DNA of 53,871 nt from an uncultured Planctomycetaceae bacterium. GTDB taxonomy: Bacteria; Planctomycetota; Phycisphaerae; Phycisphaerales; Zrk34. The notes below the pieces were generated by a model. That model saw only the letters and a list, made by a program, of their open reading frames with translations, was not told the origin of the DNA and made no database searches. The translations under genes were made by a program, and so were the position numbers. The stretch covers positions 1 to 53,871 of the forward strand of contig CAYYPN010000001.1 in the NCBI GenBank assembly GCA_964473545.1, read 5' to 3'. How positions within the stretch are numbered: position 1 is the first letter of the stretch; every line of letters begins with the position of its first letter. Below, piece by piece: positions 1 through 7,586 of this stretch.

Positions 1-62
1 CCAACGCCCGCACCCGCAAGGGCCGCAAGAAGACCGTCGCCGGCAAGAAGGGCGTGAAGTAA
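1..62 (+). CDS. rpsM: 30S ribosomal protein S13, C-terminal fragment (5' end lies outside the window)
   Basis: In-frame tail ...NARTRKGRKKTVAGKKGVK ends at TAA 60-62. This is a typical basic S13 C-terminus, and the gene sits directly upstream of rpsK-rpoA-rplQ. Confidence 0.75.
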   Translation, partial: NARTRKGRKKTVAGKKGVK

Positions 63-66
63 TCAT

Positions 67-150
67 CGTTTAGCGGTCGATCGAAGATCGACGCGTTCAG
101 CGGGCGGCACGCGGTGCCCCCCAACCGTTTAGCGGGCGACACGACCTGTC
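67..150 (+). repeat. Three direct copies of CGTTyAGCGG (67-76, 94-103, 126-135), each followed by a short GC hairpin, in the rpsM-rpsK spacer
   Basis: Read directly: cgtttagcgg+gtcgatc/gatcgac; cgttcagcgg+ggcac/gtgcc; cgtttagcgg+gggcgaca/tgtcccc. Confidence 0.5.
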
Positions 151-210
151 CCCCGTTCACAACCGAAGTCAGCTACCCCGGTGGTAGCGCCATCAGCTTC
201 GAGGAAACCA

Positions 211-588
211 ATGGCCAAGAAGACACGCAAAGTTCGACGCAATGTGACCCGGGGCATCGCCCACATCAAGGCCACATTCAACAACACCCAGGTCACCATC
301 ACCGACGTCAACGGCGAGACCGTGGCGTGGGACTCGGCCGGCACGGTCGGGTTCAAGGGCGCCCGCAAGTCGACCCCGTTCGCCGCGACGCGAGCGGCCG
401 AGAACGCCGCCGGCAAGGCCCGCAAGGTCGGCATGAGTGAAGTCGAAGTTCGCATCAAGGGCCCCGGCCCAGGCCGCGAATCCGCCGTCACCGCCCTTCA
501 GGCCAGCGGCCTGAAAATCACCGCCATCGAGGACGTCACGCCAATCCCCCACAACGGCTGCCGCCCCCGCAAGAAACGACGCGTGTAA
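211..588 (+). CDS. rpsK: 30S ribosomal protein S11
   Basis: [32 protein letters not shown]...[10 protein letters not shown] is a canonical S11 sequence. ATG at 211 is preceded by GAGGAA. The upstream part of the track ORF (181) was trimmed. Confidence 0.95.
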   Translation: MAKKTRKVRRNVTRGIAHIKATFNNTQVTITDVNGETVAWDSAGTVGFKGARKSTPFAATRAAENAAGKARKVGMSEVEVRIKGPGPGRESAVTALQASGLKITAIEDVTPIPHNGCRPRKKRRV

Positions 589-593
589 TAGAA

Positions 594-662
594 AGGCAAC
601 AGGCTTCAGGCAATGGACAAATCGTCCCTCGGACTCGCCCGATTGCCTGTCGCCTATTGACC
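594..662 (+). repeat. 7-nt periodic inverted arms (AGGCAAC AGGCTTC AGGCAAT ... ATTGCCT GTCGCCT ATTGACC) in the rpsK-rpoA spacer
   Basis: aggcaat (608-614) pairs perfectly with attgcct (642-648). The neighbouring heptads pair imperfectly. Confidence 0.45.
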
Positions 663-784
663 AACATATACGGCTTTGTGAAGAAGGCGCCGCGACGTCG
701 GCAGCACGACGCGAGTGACCGCAACGCGAAGCCCCGCCAACCCCCAAGGCGATGCTGCCGAGACAACCGCAAGGAGAAACGCCC

Positions 785-1882
785 ATGCGTATCCGCTGGA
801 GAGGCCTGGAACTGCCCACCCGAGTCATCCCCGATGCCGAGCTCAATAACCAGACCTACGGCAAGTTCACCGTCGAGCCGTTCGAACGCGGTCTGGGCAC
901 CACCGTTGGCAACAGCCTTCGCCGCATCCTCCTCTCGACCATCGAGGGCGCGGCCGTCACCAAGGTCAAGATCAACAACGCCGCCCACGAGTTCACCACC
1001 CTCCAGGGTGTCCAGGAAGATGTCACCGACATCATCCTCAACGTCAAGAACCTCGTCGTGCAACTGGAAGGCGACGAGCCCAAGACCATGAGTCTGGGCG
1101 CGACCGGTCCCGGCGAAGTCACCGCCGACATGATCGAAGCCGACACCTCCATCACCATCCTCAATAAGGATCTGGTGATTTGCACCCTCACCGAGGAAGT
1201 CGACTTCGACGTCGAGTTCACCGTCGAGAAGGGCCGCGGCTACGTGCCGGCCTCTGAACTCCAGGACGAGTCGGAGGAGGAGCAGGTGGTTGGCGACATC
1301 TACGTCGATGCGATCTACTCGCCCGTCCTCCGCGTCCGTTACAAGGTCGAGGACACCCGCGTGGGCCAGAAGACCAACTACGACAAGCTCACCCTCGAGG
1401 TCTGGACCAACGGCGCGGTGACGCCGGAGATGGCCTTGGTCGAGGCGGCCAAGATCATGCGCAAGCATCTCAACCCGTTCGTCCAGTACTTCGAACTGGG
1501 TGACGAGACGGTCAGCGAAGCCGCCGCCGCGGCCACCGCCGTCGACGACGAAATGCTCCGCAAGCTCGCCATGCCGATCGACGACCTGGACCTGTCGGTC
1601 CGTGCCAACAACTGCCTCGAGTCGGCCGACATCAAGACCGTCGGCCAGCTCGTTCAGCTTACCGAGCAGGACCTTCTGAAGATTCGCGCGTTCGGCAAGA
1701 CCAGCCTCCGCGAAATCAAACGCAAGCTCGACGACCTGAACCTCACCATGGGGATGACCCCACCCCCGGGCGCTGAAGTCGCCATGCCCGTCGGGTTCGA
1801 GTCGGCTCAACCGATGGATTCGTTCAGCAGCGACGACCTCGACGACGACGAAGACGACGACGTCGACATCGACGAGGAATAA
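785..1882 (+). CDS. rpoA: DNA-directed RNA polymerase alpha subunit, with an acidic C-terminal tail
   Basis: MRIRWRGLELPTRV...FTVEPFERGLGTTVGNSLRRILLS is an RpoA N-terminal domain. A C-terminal-domain motif (SVRANNCLESADIKTVGQL) is also present. AAGGAG lies upstream of ATG 785. Confidence 0.95.
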   Translation: MRIRWRGLELPTRVIPDAELNNQTYGKFTVEPFERGLGTTVGNSLRRILLSTIEGAAVTKVKINNAAHEFTTLQGVQEDVTDIILNVKNLVVQLEGDEPKTMSLGATGPGEVTADMIEADTSITILNKDLVICTLTEEVDFDVEFTVEKGRGYVPASELQDESEEEQVVGDIYVDAIYSPVLRVRYKVEDTRVGQKTNYDKLTLEVWTNGAVTPEMALVEAAKIMRKHLNPFVQYFELGDETVSEAAAAATAVDDEMLRKLAMPIDDLDLSVRANNCLESADIKTVGQLVQLTEQDLLKIRAFGKTSLREIKRKLDDLNLTMGMTPPPGAEVAMPVGFESAQPMDSFSSDDLDDDEDDDVDIDEE

Positions 1883-1933
1883 TCCGCCCGCTCCGCTTCC
1901 ATGCGGACGGTGTATTGAATTTGGAGTTTGGCC

Positions 1934-2599
1934 ATGAGCCACGGGATCGCCGGATACACGCTCTCCCGTGACACCGAACACCGCACGGCGTTGTTCCGCA
2001 ACCTCGCCGCCGCGCTGTTCCAGCACGGGCAGATCACCACCACCCTCCAGAAGGCCAAGGCCGTTCAGCCCTTCGTGGAGAAGCTGATCACCCTCGCCAG
2101 ACGCGGCGACCTGCACGCCCGGCGCATGGTCCTCAGCCGCCTTCAGGACCGCAAGCTCGTGACCGTCGACAAGCAGACCGGCGACCCGATCTACGAAGAG
2201 CATCCCGACGGTCGCGACATGACCCTCGTCCAGAAGCTCTTCGAGGAAATCGCCCTCCGGTACGCCGATCGGCCCGGCGGGTACACCCGCATCGTCCGCC
2301 TGGGCAAGCATCGCATTGGCGACGGCGGCGACCTGGTCGTCCTCCAACTCGTCGGCGACGAAGACGGCCCCAGCGTGGCCGGTCGCCACTCCCGCCGCCG
2401 CGCCAAGCAGAACAACCGCACCGCCTTCGCCGCCAAACTCCGCAAGGGCGCGGCCCAAGGCGTGTCGGCTTCAGCCGACATGCCCGAAGTCCAAGCCCAG
2501 GCCCCAACCACCGAAGCGGAAGAGCCTGCCGCCGAAGCTCAAACCGACACCCCTGCCGAAGCGCCCGCCGAGGACGAAGAAAAGCCCAAGGCGGAGTAG
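1934..2599 (+). CDS. rplQ: 50S ribosomal protein L17 with a long Ala/Glu/Pro-rich C-terminal extension
   Basis: RTALFRNLAAALFQHGQITTTLQKAKAVQPFVEKLITLA and GGYTRIVRLG are L17 motifs. The gene sits in the usual position after rpoA. Confidence 0.9.
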   Translation: MSHGIAGYTLSRDTEHRTALFRNLAAALFQHGQITTTLQKAKAVQPFVEKLITLARRGDLHARRMVLSRLQDRKLVTVDKQTGDPIYEEHPDGRDMTLVQKLFEEIALRYADRPGGYTRIVRLGKHRIGDGGDLVVLQLVGDEDGPSVAGRHSRRRAKQNNRTAFAAKLRKGAAQGVSASADMPEVQAQAPTTEAEEPAAEAQTDTPAEAPAEDEEKPKAE

Positions 2600-2622
2600 T
2601 CCGCAACCTCTCCTTGACCTTG

Positions 2623-2660
2623 ACCTCCGCCTGCCGGTATCACAACGGGCGGAGGTTTTT
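2623..2660 (+). terminator. Intrinsic terminator-like hairpin plus T5 run after rplQ
   Basis: cctccgcc (2624-2631) pairs with ggcggagg (2648-2655), followed by ttttt (2656-2660). The 3' arm contains the GGAGG Shine-Dalgarno sequence of the next gene. Confidence 0.55.
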
Positions 2661-2661
2661 C

Positions 2662-3075
2662 ATGGCCGACTGCATCTTCTGCAAAATCGTCGCCGGGGAC
2701 ATTCCCTGTCACAAGGTCTACGAGGACGAGCATGTGCTGTCGTTTCTCGACATCGGGCCGCTGAGCCGGGGACACACGCTGGTGATCCCCAAGGCCCACG
2801 CGGTCACGCTCGACGAGCTTTCCGACGAAGCCGCCGCCGCGTGCGGCTTGGCCGCCAAAAAAGTCGGTGCCGCCGTCGCCCAGGCCACCGGTTGCGACGG
2901 CTGGAACCTGCTCCAGAACAACGGCGAAGTCGCCGGCCAGGTCGTCATGCACGTGCATTTCCACATCATCCCCCGCACGCCCGACGACGGCCTGGGCTAT
3001 CGCTGGCCCGCCGGTCAACTCGACGACGACGCCGCTGCCGAACTCAAGGCCGCGATCAGCCAGCAACTGAACTGA
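2662..3075 (+). CDS. HIT (histidine triad) family nucleotide hydrolase
   Basis: The sequence begins CIFCKIVAGDIP and contains the HVHFHIIPR histidine triad. GGAGG lies 6 nt upstream of ATG 2662. Confidence 0.9.
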   Translation: MADCIFCKIVAGDIPCHKVYEDEHVLSFLDIGPLSRGHTLVIPKAHAVTLDELSDEAAAACGLAAKKVGAAVAQATGCDGWNLLQNNGEVAGQVVMHVHFHIIPRTPDDGLGYRWPAGQLDDDAAAELKAAISQQLN

Positions 3076-3789
3076 TTACTGAAGGTGCCGCACCAGCAGA
3101 TACCCCACGCCGGCAAGCGTGGCGAGGCTGATGACCAGTGAGATGATCGCGACGGTCATCGTGTGCCGCGCGGGTTTGGCCGCTTCTCCAATCGCCTCGG
3201 CCAGCCGTCGTTCGGCGCCGCCTAAGGACTGGTTGAGCGAATCGAGGGCTGCGGCGTCGCGTTCCGAGGCGTCACGCACGGTGGTCATGACCCGCTCGCA
3301 CAACTCGCCGGTTGCCCGCAGCTCCCGCCGCAGGCTCTGGCATTCCTCGCGGATCGTCGTCAGGTCTTTTTCCTGCTGATCCAGCCGGGACCCCAGCGCC
3401 GCCGACGTGCGCGGCAATTCATCGACGACCTTGGCCAGGCGTTCGACGTGTTCGTTGAGCCCGGTCGTGTCGTGGGTTGCCTGTTGCGAGGCATCCAGGG
3501 CCGACGTCAACTCGTCCACCCGGGAGGTCTGCTTTTCGATGTGGTCGGCGATGCGGTCGACGCGCACCGCCACGTCATGCTGCCGCTCGAGCAGTTGCGC
3601 GATCGCTTCGTCGAGACTCAGTGGGGCGTCGGCCGTGTCGCCGGTTTCATCCGCCGCCGCGGGCCTGGCCGCGAAGGGGGTCGTTGCGTCGGTGGAGTCG
3701 TGCGGCGTCGGGGGATTCGGTTGCGACGGGTCTTCCGCCAGGTGCTGCACGAATCGTTTGACGCGCTCGCCGAATGAATTCATGACCAC
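3076..3789 (-). CDS. Hypothetical tail-anchored coiled-coil protein
   Basis: 237-aa ORF with GC3-rich codon usage. It has heptad-like charged segments and a single C-terminal TM helix (TMTVAIISLVISLATLAGVGYLLV). I recognise no family. Confidence 0.6.
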   Translation of the reverse strand: MVMNSFGERVKRFVQHLAEDPSQPNPPTPHDSTDATTPFAARPAAADETGDTADAPLSLDEAIAQLLERQHDVAVRVDRIADHIEKQTSRVDELTSALDASQQATHDTTGLNEHVERLAKVVDELPRTSAALGSRLDQQEKDLTTIREECQSLRRELRATGELCERVMTTVRDASERDAAALDSLNQSLGGAERRLAEAIGEAAKPARHTMTVAIISLVISLATLAGVGYLLVRHLQ

Positions 3790-3817
3790 ACCCCTGACTT
3801 TTCGTAACCACGGCGTT

Positions 3818-3847
3818 TTGACAGTCCTGACGAAGTCACTTTACGAT
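3818..3847 (+). promoter_or_regulatory. Sigma70-like promoter (TTGACA-N17/18-TACGAT) ending about 8 nt before ATG 3855
   Basis: ttgaca at 3818-3823 and ttacgat at 3841-3847, read directly. This is a sequence match only. Confidence 0.3.
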
Positions 3848-3854
3848 CAGCCGC

Positions 3855-4829
3855 ATGGTCCGGTCAATGTTCAAGTGCGGTTTGCGGCTTTTGGCTTGCG
3901 GGTTGCTGTTGGGGTTTCTCGTCGGTTGTGACGATGCGCCTGCGCCGTCGTCGACGACCATGCCCGACACCGCTGCAAGCGACCCGGTACGCATTGTCAG
4001 TTTCAGCCCGGCGTTGACGCAGATGGTCATCGATCTCGGCGCCCGCGACCGGATCGTCGGCGTCGGCCGGTTCGACCCCCTTGCCGGTACAGGCCCGGCC
4101 ATCGTGGGCGATCTCAACCAGTACGACTACGAAAAACTGCTCAGCCTCGACCCCACGGTGATTCTGCTGCAGCCCCCGGCCTCGGGCGTGCCGACGAAGA
4201 TGCAGACCCTGGCCCGCGAGTATGGCTGGCGTTTGCACGCTTACGGCATCGACACCGTCGCCGACGCCAAGCGGGCGCTTTACGACACGACCGGCGTGGG
4301 CGTGGGCGCAGCGATCGGTCGCGCCGAGCAGGCCCGGGCCTTGCGCGAGCGTATCGAGTGGCAACTGGCGAATCTGGGCGTGGCGACGATCGAGCAGCCG
4401 GTGGCGGACGTGTTGCTGGTCGTGGGTGTCGGGGCGAAGGTGACCGCCGCCGGGCCGGATACGTTTCTCGATGAGTTGCTCAGCTTCGCCGGTGGGGTGA
4501 ACGTGTTGCCGGGCGGCATCAACGACTACCCTCAACTCGACCGCGAGAAGATTGTCAGCCTCAATCCCCGGGTCATCATCATCGCCCATACCGCAAGCTC
4601 CGACCCGCCGCAGGAGATCCCCTCAATTCTGGCCGACCTTGATGTGGCTGCGGTGCGCGCGGGGCGAGTGCATTGGCTGGTCGATGAGCAGGCGCTGTTG
4701 CCGAGCACGACGATGCCGCGCATCGCGGGCAAGCTGGCAAGGCTGCTGCACCCGGATCTGGCCGCGGATATCCAGGCGATTCTGAGTGATCCCGACACGT
4801 CGCAAGACGCGTCGCCGATCACACGGTAA
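3855..4829 (+). CDS. ABC transporter periplasmic substrate-binding lipoprotein (BtuF/FhuD/HmuT-type, cobalamin or iron-chelate)
   Basis: Lipobox LLGFLVGC is present. RIVSFSPALTQMVIDLGARDRIVGV is typical of the PF01497-type binding fold. A FecCD permease and an ATPase follow. The start could instead be the second ATG (3867). Confidence 0.8.
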   Translation: MVRSMFKCGLRLLACGLLLGFLVGCDDAPAPSSTTMPDTAASDPVRIVSFSPALTQMVIDLGARDRIVGVGRFDPLAGTGPAIVGDLNQYDYEKLLSLDPTVILLQPPASGVPTKMQTLAREYGWRLHAYGIDTVADAKRALYDTTGVGVGAAIGRAEQARALRERIEWQLANLGVATIEQPVADVLLVVGVGAKVTAAGPDTFLDELLSFAGGVNVLPGGINDYPQLDREKIVSLNPRVIIIAHTASSDPPQEIPSILADLDVAAVRAGRVHWLVDEQALLPSTTMPRIAGKLARLLHPDLAADIQAILSDPDTSQDASPITR

Positions 4830-4835
4830 GCTTGG

Positions 4836-5888
4836 GTGATGGCGGCGACCGCTGCACAACCTGCCCGGCATCGGCGACCGGCGACGGTGTTCATCGTCCT
4901 GGGTGTGTTGCTCGCGCTGGCAGCGATCGCACGCCTGGCCGTCGGCGAACCGATCCCCCGGCTCGACGGCGGCGCCATCGACTGGGACAAACTCGGCCAG
5001 TACCTGTCGTTTCGCACGGACCGGCTGCTGATCGGCCTGTTCGTGGGGTCGTCCCTGGCGGTCAGCGGGGCGCTGTTGCAGGCGTTGCTGCGCAACCCGC
5101 TGGCCTCGCCTTACATCCTGGGCATCAGCAGCGGCGCGGCGCTCGGCGTGGTCCTCGGCGCGTGGGTCGCCGGGGCGAGCGTGCTCGGCGTCGTCACGCT
5201 CAGCCACGGCTTCACCGAACACGTCGCCGCGGTGGTCGGCGCGCTGGGCGTCATGGCCGTGGTCTACCTGCTCGCCCAACGTCGTGGGTGGATCGATCCG
5301 CTGGGCCTGCTGCTGGTCGGCGTGATCGTCAACGCGATCAACGGCGCGGCGATCATGTTCTTCACCTACCTCATCGCACCGCTCGAAAAGGCCCGCATGG
5401 CTGAGTACATGATGGGTTACTTCAACGAGAACGCGTCGCTGACGCTGATCCTGTCGGTCGGCGGCGTGCTGACCGTGTGCATGGTGATCGCGGCGCTGCT
5501 GGGCCGGGCGATGGACGTGGCGACGCTCAGTGATGCCGAAGCGACGTCGCTGGGGCTGAGCCTGCGCACACTGCGGTTGGGTTTGTTCGCGCTGGCGTGC
5601 ATCCTCACCGCGGGCACGGTCGTGCTCGCCGGGCCCATCGGGTTCGTTGGATTGATCGCGCCGCACCTGGTTCGCCTGGCGTTGGGTCCGGCGCATCGGC
5701 CGCTGGTGATCGGGTCAGCGCTGGCCGGGGCGGTGCTGGTGGTCGGCGCCGACGCGGCGGTCAAGGCGGTCGATGCGTACGTGCATCCGATCGGCCTGCT
5801 GCCGGTGGGGATCATCACGGCGATGATCGGCGGGCCGGTGTTCCTGTGGATGCTCCGCCGCAGCCTCGACGAAGGGCGCATGGCATGA
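4836..5888 (+). CDS. FecCD/BtuC-family ABC transporter permease
   Basis: Polytopic membrane protein whose C-terminus (GLLPVGIITAMIGGPVFLWML) is characteristic of FecCD. Start is GTG 4836 or ATG 4839. Confidence 0.9.
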   Translation: MMAATAAQPARHRRPATVFIVLGVLLALAAIARLAVGEPIPRLDGGAIDWDKLGQYLSFRTDRLLIGLFVGSSLAVSGALLQALLRNPLASPYILGISSGAALGVVLGAWVAGASVLGVVTLSHGFTEHVAAVVGALGVMAVVYLLAQRRGWIDPLGLLLVGVIVNAINGAAIMFFTYLIAPLEKARMAEYMMGYFNENASLTLILSVGGVLTVCMVIAALLGRAMDVATLSDAEATSLGLSLRTLRLGLFALACILTAGTVVLAGPIGFVGLIAPHLVRLALGPAHRPLVIGSALAGAVLVVGADAAVKAVDAYVHPIGLLPVGIITAMIGGPVFLWMLRRSLDEGRMA

Positions 5889-6703
5889 CGATGGCCGACA
5901 CACAGGCCGTGTTGTCGCTCGACAACGTCAGCTTCGCCTACACGCGCGGCGCGCCGGTGATCGAGTCGTTGACCACCGCCGTCGAGCCGGGGCGGCTGCA
6001 TGCGGTGATCGGACCAAACGCCGCGGGCAAGTCGACGCTGCTCAAACTCATGCTCGGGCAACTGTCGCCGCGCACGGGCAAGGTGACGATCGACGGGGTG
6101 GCGGCGCATCGCCTGTCCGCCCGCCGCCGCGCCGCGACCGTCAGCTACGTGCCGCAGCGGTCGACCGTGTCGTTCGCCTTTACGGTCAGGCAGGTGATCG
6201 AGATGAGCCGCTTCGCCTTGCGGCGCGACCTGAGCGCGGTCAGCGATGCGATCGGATTGTGCGACCTGAGCGAGCTGGTCGACCGGCCGGTGACGACGTT
6301 GAGCGTGGGCCAGCAGCAGCGTGTGCTTTTGGCGCGGGCGATCACCCAATCGCGCGGGGCCGGGCGGGTCATGCTGCTGGATGAACCGACCAGCGCGATG
6401 GACCTGTACCACGTGCACCACCTGATGGGCGTGATCCGGGGCCTGGCCGACGAGGGGCTGGCGGTGGTGATCGTGGTGCACGATCTGAACCTCGCGGCTC
6501 GCTACGCCGACGTGGTGTGGCTGATGCACAACGGCCGCCTGGCCGCGTCGGGGGATTGGCCTGACGTGCTGCGCAGCGAGGTCCTCAGCCCGGTGTACGG
6601 GTTGGAACTGGACGAACTGCAACGCCATACCGACCCCGGCGATCCGCTGTCGCAGCGGCCGATCTTCGACGCGCGATTGCCCGATACGTTCGATCGAGGG
6701 TAG
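5885..6703 (+). CDS. ABC transporter ATP-binding protein (BtuD/FecE/HmuV-type)
   Basis: Walker A GPNAAGKST, signature LSVGQQQR and Walker B VMLLDEPTS are all present. The start overlaps the permease stop as ATGA (5885-5888). Confidence 0.9.
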   Translation: MTMADTQAVLSLDNVSFAYTRGAPVIESLTTAVEPGRLHAVIGPNAAGKSTLLKLMLGQLSPRTGKVTIDGVAAHRLSARRRAATVSYVPQRSTVSFAFTVRQVIEMSRFALRRDLSAVSDAIGLCDLSELVDRPVTTLSVGQQQRVLLARAITQSRGAGRVMLLDEPTSAMDLYHVHHLMGVIRGLADEGLAVVIVVHDLNLAARYADVVWLMHNGRLAASGDWPDVLRSEVLSPVYGLELDELQRHTDPGDPLSQRPIFDARLPDTFDRG

Positions 6704-6717
6704 AATCGTCAACCGTT

Positions 6718-7557
6718 ATGAACGCACACATGCCCACGTTCCCGGTGATGCTGGCCGACCTCAGTGATGTGATCGAGGGGCTGTTGCCGATCGTGATCTT
6801 CGCGATCATCATGATCGCGTCGGTGGTCAAGAGCATCCGCGATTCGTCGGGTTCCAAGGGCAAGCGCCAACGCCGCCCGGCGCAGGAGGAGGGCGGTCAG
6901 CCGGGCCCGGTTGCGGACTCGTCGGGCAAGCTGGAGGAGATGGCCGAACGTCGCCGTCGTCAGTTGGAGGAACTGGCCCGCCGTCGCCGTGAAGCGGCCC
7001 GTCAGCGCGAGGGGCAGCGCCAAGGCCAACGCCAGGAGCGTTCGACCCAGACCGCCGAGCGCCGCACGCCGCCACCGCCGCCGCCGAGTCAACCCACGGG
7101 TTACGTCGAACAACAACGCCAACGCGAAGAAGCCGACCGCCAGCGTCGCCGCGAGCGTGCCGAGACCGACGCCCGCCACCGCGCCCGGGCTGAGAAGCAG
7201 CAACGTGAACAGGCCCAGCGTCAGGACCAGGCCCGCGCCCAGCGTGAAGCCCGTCACCAGCGTGAACAGGAGGCGTTGCAGAAGCGTCGCCGCCGCGCCG
7301 TCGGCGCGGCCCGCGAAGTGCAACAGCAGCCGACCTTCGCCGACCAGCGTTCCCGCATGCCCAGCCACCCGACCGACTGCAGCGGGCTGCACGCCAGTTG
7401 GAGCAGCGGCGCCTACGCCAGCCATCGCCGCGGCGGGGCGGGCTACGACATCGGCAAACTCAACCGCAGTTCGCTCCGCAAGGCAATTGTCCTCAAGGAA
7501 GTGCTCGACCAGCCGATCGCCCTGCGTGATCCCCGCAGCTTCCCCGTCGACCGCTGA
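6718..7557 (+). CDS. Hypothetical single-pass membrane protein with a long Arg/Glu/Gln-rich charged segment
   Basis: N-terminal TM helix (LLPIVIFAIIMIASVV), then about 150 aa of [25 protein letters not shown]...-type sequence and a PPPPPP linker. Lies 14 nt after the ABC ATPase. Confidence 0.6.
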   Translation: MNAHMPTFPVMLADLSDVIEGLLPIVIFAIIMIASVVKSIRDSSGSKGKRQRRPAQEEGGQPGPVADSSGKLEEMAERRRRQLEELARRRREAARQREGQRQGQRQERSTQTAERRTPPPPPPSQPTGYVEQQRQREEADRQRRRERAETDARHRARAEKQQREQAQRQDQARAQREARHQREQEALQKRRRRAVGAAREVQQQPTFADQRSRMPSHPTDCSGLHASWSSGAYASHRRGGAGYDIGKLNRSSLRKAIVLKEVLDQPIALRDPRSFPVDR

Positions 7558-7586
7558 ATCCAGCGATTCGGCTATAATTCACACCC

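Noticed and set aside
536-2458. 640-aa ORF on the minus strand spanning rpoA and rplQ.
   Set aside because: It lies antisense to two unmistakable core genes. The product is low-complexity and Gly/Ala/Val/Asp-rich, as expected from stop-codon-poor frames in high-GC DNA.
3073-3078. The convergent HIT gene and the 3076-3789 gene abut with zero intergenic nucleotides (TGA immediately followed by the complement of TAA).
   Set aside because: This is real but unremarkable in a compact genome, and no structure or signal is evident.
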